From Candidatus Omnitrophota bacterium (GTDB lineage: Bacteria > Omnitrophota > Gorgyraeia > JABMRN01 > RBG-13-46-9): 64,000 nucleotides of DNA. The translations under genes were made by a program, and so were the position numbers. Position 1 is the first letter of the stretch. Every line of letters starts with the position of its first letter. The stretch is taken from NCBI GenBank assembly GCA_030605095.1, contig JAUWBJ010000002.1, positions 2,355 through 66,354 of the forward strand, in the 5' to 3' direction. The notes below the pieces were generated by a model. That model saw only the letters and a program-made list of their open reading frames with translations. It did no database searches and was not told the origin of the DNA. Positions 26,189 through 34,631 of this stretch are shown piece by piece.

Positions 26189-28936
26189 TTATATTTCTTC
26201 TTTAAGTCTCATAACCTCTTGTCTTATTCCTAAGGTTATGGCTTCATAGTCATCTTTAGCGCCTAGTCTCGATCCTTCTTTTTTAAGTTCTTCTGCGTTA
26301 TGCGGTCTTCCGAAAACAATCGTAACAGGGTGGGGTCGTCTGGGAAAACGATTTGTTCTTGGCCAGGATTCATAGGAACCTTTGATATACACAGGAACCA
26401 ATCGAATGCTCAGTTCTTTTGCCAATATCCCGACTCCTTTTTTGAATTCTTTAACTTCTCCGTCAATTGACCTTGCTCCTTCGGGAAAGATGCAAGCTGT
26501 TTTGCCATTTCTCAAAATATAAGCACAAGCCTGTATCGCATCTATTAATTGCGCGCCAGGGTCGATAGGAATTATTCTGATTAATTTTACGATATTTCTA
26601 ATTATTGGAACTTCGAAATAGGCTCTATAACCAAGGAAGAACATATGTTTTTTTAACCATCGAGGTAGGGCTGCAACAATTAGGAACCCGTCCAAATAAC
26701 TACCGTGATTGGGGCAGAGAATAAATGCTTTGTTCGAAGGTAAATTTTTTATTCCAAAAACTTTAACCTGCCAGATAAGTTTAAATATTATATATAACAT
26801 CCCAGAGACTAATAGCGTGAAAAACCGCGCTATCCAACCGGGAAATAAATCTATTTTTTCAATTATATCTTTGGCTGGATTGGTCTTTAAAATATCACTC
26901 CATAAAGATAATCGAGTCTGGATTGCTGAGACTTCCTCGGTCCTTGGTTCTTTCTTTAAAATCAATTTCTCAATTTCAAGAATAAGTTCTCTTACTATGA
27001 AAATTTTAACCATTACAGAATCCGGTATGTCAATCTTTAAAATCTTTTCTAATGCAACCATTAATTCCGCGCGCCCTAACGAATCAAGGCCAAGATCGAT
27101 TTCCAAGTGGTCGTCCAACCGGATTTGCCTCTCTAAATCCGTTTCTTTACTTAAGGTTTTTATTATTTTCTTGGCAATTCCCGAAGAGAGAATTTTAAGG
27201 TCTTCACCTGTAAGGGAAATCTCCTCATCTATCTTTCTCAACCCCACGCCCATAAGTTCATCTAAATATCTATTCTTAATTTCAAATCTTTTTAACTTCC
27301 CTAAACGTGTCTGGGGTAAATCCTCACTTGTAACAACAAAGCCCATAATCCGTTTGTAGGGAGGGTATTGTTTAGACAGATTCTCCAAATCCCACTTAAT
27401 CATTCCATAAATATTAACCTCGCCAACCTTGCGGTAATAGTCCAAATCAGGCACAATGACCGCCATAAGCTTTTCCTCTTCTCTTTTACCAGTTGCTAAT
27501 ACGCATAATCCTTTAATAAAAGGGCTCTTGGCATAATGGGATTCCACCTCTTCGGGAGATATATTCTTTCCCGAGCTTAACACAATCAACTCTTTCTTCC
27601 TTCCCGTAAGACGGAGATACCCCTCTTTGTCCAGATAACCCAAATCTCCAGAATAGAACCAATTATCCTTTAAAACCTTTCTCGTCTCTTCGACTTCTTT
27701 ATAGTAGCCTCTCATAACATTAGGGCCTTTGATTGCCACCTCGCCTACGCCGTATTCGTCAGGTTCAGCAATTCTTAAGTTCACATCTGGAATTACTTTC
27801 CCCACAGAGCCTATTTTTTGTTTTTTCAATGGATTAAAAGTTGCTACCGGCGATGTTTCAGTAAGTCCGTATCCTTCCAGGATTGTAAAACCGATTTTCA
27901 CAAGAAACCTTGCTGCCTCTTCATTTAACTTAGCACCGCCACAAGCAAAAAATCTTAAATTTTTTCCGAAGGCACGGTGAATCTTTGACAATGCCAGCTT
28001 GGCCAAGTTAATTCCCGTAAACTTTCTCACCAACCACAATATCTCTATAAACCCTAAAAGGGAGAGTCTCATCAAAAACGGGACTTTCTTTATTCCATCT
28101 ACTATATGCTTATAAAACATATAAAAAAGCTGAGGTACTCCCGTTAATATCGTCACACCTGTCTTTCTCATACACGCAAGCAATTCCTCACTCTTAAGGC
28201 TTGAAATGTAGGTAATCTTGCTTTGAGAAAAAAGTGGTATAACGAGGGTCACCATAAATGGAAATGAATGATGCAGCGGTAATATAGACAGAACATTATC
28301 TTTATCTGAAAAGAGTTTTAATTTATCAATACTTTGAGAATTGGAATAAAAATTTTCATGGGTTAACATAACACCTTTTGGCCTGCCGGTAGTGCCTGAG
28401 GTATAAAGAATAGAGGCGATATCCTGGGGAGATGCCTCTGGCATAGATGTTATGGACTTTAAATCTGATACGGCAGATATCGTTTCCGAAAAAGAAATAA
28501 TTTCTTCGGACGATTTTTCAATGTCGAGGGCTATGATTTGTTGTAATGAAGGCACGCTATTAGTGAAGCCCGTAAATAACGAAAGTAATTTACTGGAGGT
28601 AAAGGCTACCTTGCTTTCTGAATCACTTAGAAAAAATTTTATCTCTTCTTGTCCGGATTGAGGATCAAGAGGGATAGCTATGGCCCCTCGAAGCATAATG
28701 CCAAAGTAGATCATTCCCCATTCAGGCCTGTTTTCCAGAACAATAGCGACTCTATCGCCTTTTTTTATCCCCGCTTTAAGTAAAGAATGTGCAACAGATT
28801 GAGAGACCCCGTAAAGCTCTTTATAGGTATACTTGACATAGACATCTTCTTTTTTCATTTGCATAACAATTCTATCAGGAAATTGATCAACTATTTCTCT
28901 TAATTTACCATGTAGAGTATATAATTTCTTATTCAC
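26189..28936 (-). CDS. Tri-domain acyl-ACP synthetase / lysophospholipid acyltransferase (AMP-binding + PP-binding + PlsC domains; Aas-like)
   Basis: AMP-binding motifs (YTSGTTGRPKG), carrier-domain serine (LGLDSLGRAELM), and the C-terminal HX4D acyltransferase motif (NHGSYLDG). GTG start is supplied by IR element copy B. Confidence 0.7.
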   Translation of the reverse strand: MNKKLYTLHGKLREIVDQFPDRIVMQMKKEDVYVKYTYKELYGVSQSVAHSLLKAGIKKGDRVAIVLENRPEWGMIYFGIMLRGAIAIPLDPQSGQEEIKFFLSDSESKVAFTSSKLLSLFTGFTNSVPSLQQIIALDIEKSSEEIISFSETISAVSDLKSITSMPEASPQDIASILYTSGTTGRPKGVMLTHENFYSNSQSIDKLKLFSDKDNVLSILPLHHSFPFMVTLVIPLFSQSKITYISSLKSEELLACMRKTGVTILTGVPQLFYMFYKHIVDGIKKVPFLMRLSLLGFIEILWLVRKFTGINLAKLALSKIHRAFGKNLRFFACGGAKLNEEAARFLVKIGFTILEGYGLTETSPVATFNPLKKQKIGSVGKVIPDVNLRIAEPDEYGVGEVAIKGPNVMRGYYKEVEETRKVLKDNWFYSGDLGYLDKEGYLRLTGRKKELIVLSSGKNISPEEVESHYAKSPFIKGLCVLATGKREEEKLMAVIVPDLDYYRKVGEVNIYGMIKWDLENLSKQYPPYKRIMGFVVTSEDLPQTRLGKLKRFEIKNRYLDELMGVGLRKIDEEISLTGEDLKILSSGIAKKIIKTLSKETDLERQIRLDDHLEIDLGLDSLGRAELMVALEKILKIDIPDSVMVKIFIVRELILEIEKLILKKEPRTEEVSAIQTRLSLWSDILKTNPAKDIIEKIDLFPGWIARFFTLLVSGMLYIIFKLIWQVKVFGIKNLPSNKAFILCPNHGSYLDGFLIVAALPRWLKKHMFFLGYRAYFEVPIIRNIVKLIRIIPIDPGAQLIDAIQACAYILRNGKTACIFPEGARSIDGEVKEFKKGVGILAKELSIRLVPVYIKGSYESWPRTNRFPRRPHPVTIVFGRPHNAEELKKEGSRLGAKDDYEAITLGIRQEVMRLKEEI

Positions 28937-29047
28937 CCCGCCCTTCCTTTCTTTTCAATGCAATCCCTGTTTTTATCTTTTGCAATCACTTCGTTCTTCA
29001 TTATATTATTATTCATTGTAATTTTTTTAGGAAGGGCGGGGTTCATC
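28934..29047. repeat. Inverted-repeat intergenic element, copy B
   Basis: Same terminal inverted repeats and homologous interior as copy A. It encodes the last residues (DEPRPS) and stop of the MFS gene, and the SD plus GTG start of the Aas-like gene. Confidence 0.5.
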
Positions 29048-30274
29048 TCCAGCCATCGCTCCTTGTATACTATCTGGAACTTTTTGAAGTATAATAAAGC
29101 CCATGACTAAAAATGGCAATAAACTGAGGATAGCCAACCGGTACTTTAAAATCCCCAAAAAGCCGAATCCCCAGACACAAACTCCCCAGATAAGTGGCCC
29201 GATAATTGAAGCGGACTTTCCTACTAAGCCATAAAAACCAAAGACCTCTCCTACCATTTGTGGTGGAGATAAATCTACCACTAATGCCCGCGCACTTGTC
29301 CAGGTTGCACCTAAACATATTCCTACCAATGGTCCCACAACCCAGAATGCGGTTTTGCTAAAAGATATAACCACCAAAAGGATGCTTATACACCATACCC
29401 CCAAGACAATACTTAAAGTTCGCTTTGAGCCGAACCTATCTGTAATGAATCCTGTTACAAATGAACTCAGAATAGCAAAGACTGTAGATATAATATAGAA
29501 GGCGATAATCTCATGGTCTGTAAATCCCATAACTTTTTTGGTGTAAACAGACATAAATACAATAAGGGTATTAATAGCATTAAGGGTTATAAATGCAGCA
29601 ATTAAAAAATTAAAGAGCGCCGGATACTCCCTGATATGTATAAATGTCTCTTTTACTTTCCTGAAACTGTCTATTATTCGAATTCCGAATTTATCTATTC
29701 TTTTTACCAACCGATCTTTCACAAATAGAAAACAGGGAAGGGAAAATAAAAGAAAGAGAATTGCCGTAGGGACAAATGCTGCTTGCCTTCCATATCTTAA
29801 AACAAATGGTCTGACTAAAAGTAATCCGGCAATCGTGCCGCAATATCCCAGACTTACACCGTAACCGGAGACTCGACCTGTCTGACCTTTGTCGCTTATC
29901 TCGGGAAGCAAAGCATTGTAGAATATAGCAGCTGTCTGATAGCAAAAATTGGCAATGGCAAAGAACAGAAGTCCTAAAACTAATCTATTTACCAGTCCTA
30001 TTAATGCGGTAAAGGCACAACAGATTAAGGTGAAGAACATTAAAAAGGGCATCCTTCTTCCCAGTCTATCTGAAATCGCTCCCATTATCGGGGAAGAGAT
30101 AGCCGCCAATAACATCGAGCCGGACAAGGCCCAGCTGTATAAAATATCCTCTCCCTTCATATCCACAGTTACCCACAAAGCAAAGTAAAGGGAGATTACA
30201 TTCATGGCAAATATAGTATTAGCAAAGTCATACATCGACCAGGAGAAGATTGTAAGTTTTCTATTAATCTTCAT
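29027..30274 (-). CDS. MFS transporter, probable lysophospholipid transporter (LplT-like)
   Basis: 12-TM MFS fold. Adjacent to the Aas-like gene, as lplT-aas is in E. coli. Confidence 0.6.
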   Translation of the reverse strand: MKINRKLTIFSWSMYDFANTIFAMNVISLYFALWVTVDMKGEDILYSWALSGSMLLAAISSPIMGAISDRLGRRMPFLMFFTLICCAFTALIGLVNRLVLGLLFFAIANFCYQTAAIFYNALLPEISDKGQTGRVSGYGVSLGYCGTIAGLLLVRPFVLRYGRQAAFVPTAILFLLFSLPCFLFVKDRLVKRIDKFGIRIIDSFRKVKETFIHIREYPALFNFLIAAFITLNAINTLIVFMSVYTKKVMGFTDHEIIAFYIISTVFAILSSFVTGFITDRFGSKRTLSIVLGVWCISILLVVISFSKTAFWVVGPLVGICLGATWTSARALVVDLSPPQMVGEVFGFYGLVGKSASIIGPLIWGVCVWGFGFLGILKYRLAILSLLPFLVMGFIILQKVPDSIQGAMAGDEPRPS

Positions 30275-30308
30275 TGATTACTTTTTGGCTATCCTTGATT
30301 TTTTAACT

Positions 30309-30962
30309 CTACATGGGTAATACATAAAATAATATTGCAAAATAGTGACATATGCTACCGCCTAAGACAAATAAATGCCATATTGCATGGTGGAAAGGGA
30401 GCTTATCAAAAAAGTGAAAAATAACTCCCACGCTATAGAGTATTCCTCCCATAACTAACCAGCTTATTCCGCCGAACGGAATCTTTTTTACTATAGGATA
30501 TACGGCAATAAGTGCAAACCATCCCATTGTCAAATAACTAATGGTAGATAAAACTAGAAACCTATTTACAAAGAACATTTTAAGCACTATGCCTATTAGT
30601 GCTAACCCCCAAATTGCACCAAAAAAAGTCCAGCCCCACGGCCCTCTCAATGAAACAAGTGTAAAAGGAGTGTATGTGCCGGCAATCAAAAGATAAATGG
30701 CAGAATGATCGATTATTTTAAATATATAGTTTATGCGTCCAGATGAGAAATAAAAACTATGATATAAAGTAGAAGCAGCGTATAGTATAATCAAACTACC
30801 GCCATAAATGCTGAAGCTAACAATTCGCCAGGTATCTCCGTGAATCTTTGCCAATACAACAAGAATGACCAAACCTGCTATACTCAAAAAAAGACCAATA
30901 CCATGTGTGACGCTATTTGCTATCTCTTCTATTAAAGACGACTTATCTTTCTCGTTTTCCAT
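30309..30962 (-). CDS. Hemolysin III / PAQR-family membrane protein
   Basis: 7-TM protein with HxxxH (VTHGIG) and C-terminal HH motifs. Confidence 0.8.
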   Translation of the reverse strand: MENEKDKSSLIEEIANSVTHGIGLFLSIAGLVILVVLAKIHGDTWRIVSFSIYGGSLIILYAASTLYHSFYFSSGRINYIFKIIDHSAIYLLIAGTYTPFTLVSLRGPWGWTFFGAIWGLALIGIVLKMFFVNRFLVLSTISYLTMGWFALIAVYPIVKKIPFGGISWLVMGGILYSVGVIFHFFDKLPFHHAIWHLFVLGGSICHYFAILFYVLPM

Positions 30963-31808
30963 TTACTTGAGGGTCTCGTCAAACCAGCCTGTTATAAGAT
31001 CTCGCATCCTGTCCGGATGCAGCTGAATAAGCCTTTCTGCATGAAATCCTTTTTCTATTATTACAAGCTTCTTATAACCTTGATAAACATTATATAGCTT
31101 TCTGGAATGACGATCCTTAATAACCCAATCCCAACCCCCATGTATAAAGAGTATTGGCGTATGTTTTATTCTGGTTATTGTCTCGATCGGTTTCGGTGGC
31201 TGTGTAGTAAGGATATTTGTAACCCGTGCACCTTTTCCTTCCCAGACATCTACGATATTATCTATTAGATCATAGAACATACCGAGTTCCCAAAAATAAA
31301 AATCTATGGCTCTAAATTTTGACGGACAACTTATTAATACCATGCTATCTATGTCTTCTCTTAGGGCTGCGGCGTTAACTGAGGCGGCCGCAGCTAGGGA
31401 AAAGGCTACTATACCTATATGTTTATACCCTTGAGCTACTGCGTAATCTACTACCGTATTTACATCCATATGTTCCTTAGCCGACCATGAAAACTTTCCG
31501 CTGCTATCTCCGTGGCCTCTAAAATCAAAGATTATGACATCATGCTCAGGTAAGATTAAATCTACAGTTTTACGCATCCACCTATTCTTTTTGCTGTTAT
31601 AAAACCCCGGGCATATTATAACAATGGTGTCAAATCCGCTCCTATAACGTTCATAAGCGATCTTTACGTTATCTTTGGTATACAATATACCTGTTTCCGC
31701 CTTTGGAGATGACCCCGTTTTCGCATACCCAGAAGGTATAACTGCCATAAGCGAAAACACAATACAACAAAACCAAATTTTAAATACTACTATGTCGCCG
31801 AGTCTCAT
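30963..31808 (-). CDS. Secreted alpha/beta-hydrolase
   Basis: Signal peptide and a GxSxG nucleophile elbow (AFSLA). Confidence 0.6.
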   Translation of the reverse strand: MRLGDIVVFKIWFCCIVFSLMAVIPSGYAKTGSSPKAETGILYTKDNVKIAYERYRSGFDTIVIICPGFYNSKKNRWMRKTVDLILPEHDVIIFDFRGHGDSSGKFSWSAKEHMDVNTVVDYAVAQGYKHIGIVAFSLAAAASVNAAALREDIDSMVLISCPSKFRAIDFYFWELGMFYDLIDNIVDVWEGKGARVTNILTTQPPKPIETITRIKHTPILFIHGGWDWVIKDRHSRKLYNVYQGYKKLVIIEKGFHAERLIQLHPDRMRDLITGWFDETLK

Positions 31809-32005
31809 GGGATAAATACGATCTGGGCAGATAATCTTCTTACCGAATTACTATAAGTCTTGAGCCGATTTCGGATAAGGAATCGGATTTTTATCACATT
31901 ATCTCCGACGGGGAGAGAAGATTTAAGTCTTATTATGTGGCACATACAAAAATTCAAACCCTTGCATTATTAGACGATATGTATAAAGGTTCGAATTGGT
32001 ATCAC

Positions 32006-32100
32006 TGGCGGAGGAGGAGGGATTTGAACCCTCGGTACCGCGTTAAGCGGTACAACAGTTTAGCAAACTGCCGCCCTAAACCGGACTAGGCGACTCCTCC
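32006..32100 (-). tRNA. tRNA-Ser(GCU), long variable arm, CCA encoded
   Basis: Cloverleaf GGAGGAG...anticodon loop UUGCUAA...GGUUCAAAUCC...CUCCUCCGCCA. Confidence 0.85.
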
Positions 32101-32142
32101 TAACTCCTTTATTTGCAAGGACTTACGTAAATTAAGCTCTAT

Positions 32143-33216
32143 CTAAAACTGGTTTCTACGCTGCTCTTGTCTTCCTGATTTCATCGAGGAAAATTTATTA
32201 TACCTATTAAGATATCTGGGATTACTTGTTCCGATTTTTGAAAAATATTTTTTTACTTCTTCTGGTCTATTAATATATACCGTTTGATGGTTTATGTCGA
32301 TGACGGGATGATAATTAAGTTTCTCCAGCATCCTTTTAATTGACTTCACTAATGGAATAGAATAATTTCTAAAACTCATCTTTAAATAGCTATATCCTTT
32401 CCCGGCTACTTTATAGCTATGCTTATAAACACATCCGTCGGTGTCAAAAAGTCCTCGCAGGCAACTGGCTTGGTATCCCTTTTTCTCAAATATCCAATCG
32501 GGAACATCTATCTGATTCGTGACTTTATTTCCTTTTTTGATTCCCATTTTCTCCAAAAATTTCACTAGGTTTGTAGCCGAGACTACTATATTAGATCTCC
32601 CGTCTTTCTTTCCTATCTGCATTTTTGAAGATATACCAAATAAATTCTTTACCAGGCGTTAAATATAAAAAGCGTAATCTTGATCTTTCTTTCCGTTAAA
32701 TGATACAGTAATCTGATGATTGCTAGAAACCCCGCCGTCTCCTAACATGATACCGATAAATTCTGTTAATTTAAATGATTTTTCAGGCCGTTTAATTTCC
32801 TTTCTTGTAACAAATCCCAATTTTCTAATTCTCTCTAGAAAGCTGGGGTCAGAAAGAATTTTCTTTTTTGTAGACAAGCCTCCTCTTTTCCTGCTTTCAA
32901 GCGTACCCGGTGGGCCATATAGTTCAATGCGGCGTTTGCCGCCTAATTTGCTGGCTTTTTTTACACTCCAATACGGTGGTCGCACTTCTATATCTTCGGG
33001 TAATTTTGTACCTAATTTGTAACTTATTAAAAATAAGGGCCAAAATGAAATGTTATTTTTTTCTCTCTTCCAGTCCCTCAAAGTTCTATCGCAAACACAC
33101 GCAATCTTTGCAAGCTCTGAAACATCCATATTCAATGTAGAAAGAGCTCCTTCCAGGAAATCCCGTTGTTTGCCTTTTCGAAATTTAATTCTTGAATTTA
33201 GTTTTACTTCTTGCAT
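32143..33216 (-). pseudogene. HTH-LAGLIDADG endonuclease gene interrupted by a single in-frame TAA (ORFs 33216-32659 and 32622-32143 are in the same frame)
   Basis: Motif 1 GIMLGDGG is in the upstream ORF and motif 2 GLFDTDGCV in the downstream ORF. They are separated by a TAA plus 12 in-frame codons. Confidence 0.55.
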
Positions 33217-33701
33217 TTGTCCCGTTTTTTCTTAAAAAACTCCTGAATCAATGAACGTGATTCGTCTTTTAATAGGCCTCGTTTTACTTTTACTCTATGG
33301 TTTAACTTTTTATTCTGCAGAATATTTAATGCGGAACCGGAGGCGCCTGACTTCGGGTCTTCCGTAGCGTAGAAGAGATTTCGTATTCTTGCTAACACCA
33401 TCGCTCCGGCGCACATCGGACAAGGCTCTATTGTAACATACAGGCCGCAATCTTTCAATCTCTCGTTCTTCAGGTGCGACGCTGCCTGGGTGATCGCTAT
33501 CATCTCGGCATGAGCGGTCGGGTCTTTTAGGGTTTTTATTTGATTATAAGCGCGGCCGATAATCTCCCCCTTATAAACAATAACCGCTCCGACCGGAACC
33601 TCGTCCTTCTCGAACGCGGTTTGCGCCTCTTTCAGCGCCGCCTCCATGTATTTTTTGTGCTTATCAGCCATACCACACTTTTTTCGCCGAAACCAAATCA
33701 A
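33204..33701 (-). CDS. tadA: tRNA-specific adenosine deaminase
   Basis: HAEMIAI...PCPMCAGA zinc-binding motifs. The listed N-terminus (MIWFRRKKCG) is encoded by a repeat; the real start is probably the internal Met (MADKHK...). Confidence 0.85.
   Translation of the reverse strand: MIWFRRKKCGMADKHKKYMEAALKEAQTAFEKDEVPVGAVIVYKGEIIGRAYNQIKTLKDPTAHAEMIAITQAASHLKNERLKDCGLYVTIEPCPMCAGAMVLARIRNLFYATEDPKSGASGSALNILQNKKLNHRVKVKRGLLKDESRSLIQEFFKKKRDKCKK
33668..33700 (-). repeat. Half-copy of the tRNA-trailing hairpin repeat (family 1), overlapping the tadA 5' end
   Basis: ccacacttttttcgccgaaaccaaatcaatg matches the 34497-34553, 49495-49525, 49665-49712 and 53840-53875 copies. Confidence 0.4.
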
Positions 33702-33702
33702 T

Positions 33703-33790
33703 GCTAAAGCGGAGAGGGAGGGACAGGCACCCGTTCCTATTCAAAACAGCTCTTTTAACACCAATTTTAACACCAAAATTCACCTAAACT
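33703..33790 (-). repeat. Upstream-element repeat (family 2) with tandem GGTGTTAAAA motifs
   Basis: About 80% identical to 47607-47690. The minus strand reads GGTGTTAAAATTGGTGTTAAAAG...TTGAATAGGAACGGG. Confidence 0.4.
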
Positions 33791-33821
33791 ACTCCTTTGT
33801 TTTGGGGGCAGGTACCGAAAA

Positions 33822-34394
33822 CTACCAGTGATAAATAACAATCTCTAAAGGATCGGACTCAATTTGTCCTGTCCAAAAATTGTCTAGTTTTTTGTCTGGC
33901 TTATCCTTAAAATGTATAATACGGGAACTAGATGTGTTTTCATATATTGCCTTAAGCTGAACAACTTTTGATGCCTCTTCAATTTTAGGAAAATTCCATA
34001 TATCAGACGTAATATAAATATCAAAAACGTAATACTCATCTGGGAGAAGTGTCCAATAATCAGGGAAGTCCTTTTCCCACTCAATGACCGGATTCTTCTC
34101 TATAACTATTTTCCGACCATCAAGTACCATCTCAAAGGAGAGATTACTATATCCCCAAGAACATGATTCATTCCAAAGTGTTTGTGGTTCATCTGATATA
34201 TTTTTTAGTAAAACGTGAAATTCTGGTTTATTAGTGAAGCTTTTACTAATTTGTCTTTGTCTGTGTTCTAGCCTCTGGGGAATAACAAGGGTTATTTCAA
34301 AAGGTGATTCCCTATCTTCAGCATAGGCTATTACAAAAGAGATTAACAATATAACACTAATCAAGAAAAATATTACTTTTTTCTTCTTCATCAT
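33822..34394 (-). CDS. Secreted hypothetical protein
   Basis: N-terminal signal peptide (MMKKKKVIFFLISVILLISFVIAYA). No known domain recognised. Confidence 0.4.
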   Translation of the reverse strand: MMKKKKVIFFLISVILLISFVIAYAEDRESPFEITLVIPQRLEHRQRQISKSFTNKPEFHVLLKNISDEPQTLWNESCSWGYSNLSFEMVLDGRKIVIEKNPVIEWEKDFPDYWTLLPDEYYVFDIYITSDIWNFPKIEEASKVVQLKAIYENTSSSRIIHFKDKPDKKLDNFWTGQIESDPLEIVIYHW

Positions 34395-34496
34395 TCCTCC
34401 TATCTAAACATCTCCTTTACTTTGGGCGTAGTTCTTGTACCGTTTCAGAAGTTGAATTCAACCTGTCCCGCAAGCCCTTTCGCCGAAGGCGAAAAG

Positions 34497-34553
34497 CCAA
34501 GGCGAAAAAAGAGAATCCCGCACTTTTTTCGCCGAGACCAAATCAGTACAAAA
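34497..34553 (-). repeat. tRNA-trailing hairpin repeat (family 1), full copy
   Basis: Minus strand GGCGAAAAAAG-UGCGGGAUUCU-CUUUUUUCGCC, immediately 3' of tRNA-Arg. Confidence 0.45.
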
Positions 34554-34554
34554 G

Positions 34555-34628
34555 CGTGCCTGGGAGGATTCGAACCTCCGACCTTTTGCTTCGTAGGCAA
34601 ACGCTCTATCCAGCTGAGCTACAGGCAC
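34555..34628 (-). tRNA. tRNA-Arg(ACG)
   Basis: 74-nt cloverleaf with anticodon loop CUACGAA and T-arm GGUUCGAAUCC. No encoded CCA. Confidence 0.85.
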
Positions 34629-34631
34629 ACA

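Noticed and set aside
31960-32005. GGTTCGAATTGG at about 31988 on the plus strand looked like a tRNA T-arm.
   Set aside because: No acceptor, D or anticodon stems can be built around it. The real tRNA-Ser(GCU) is on the minus strand immediately after.
32623-32658. Possibility that the in-frame TAA in the LAGLIDADG gene reflects stop-codon reassignment.
   Set aside because: All other genes in the window terminate normally at TAA, TAG or TGA, and long housekeeping genes have no internal stops. A pseudogene or sequencing error is the simpler explanation.
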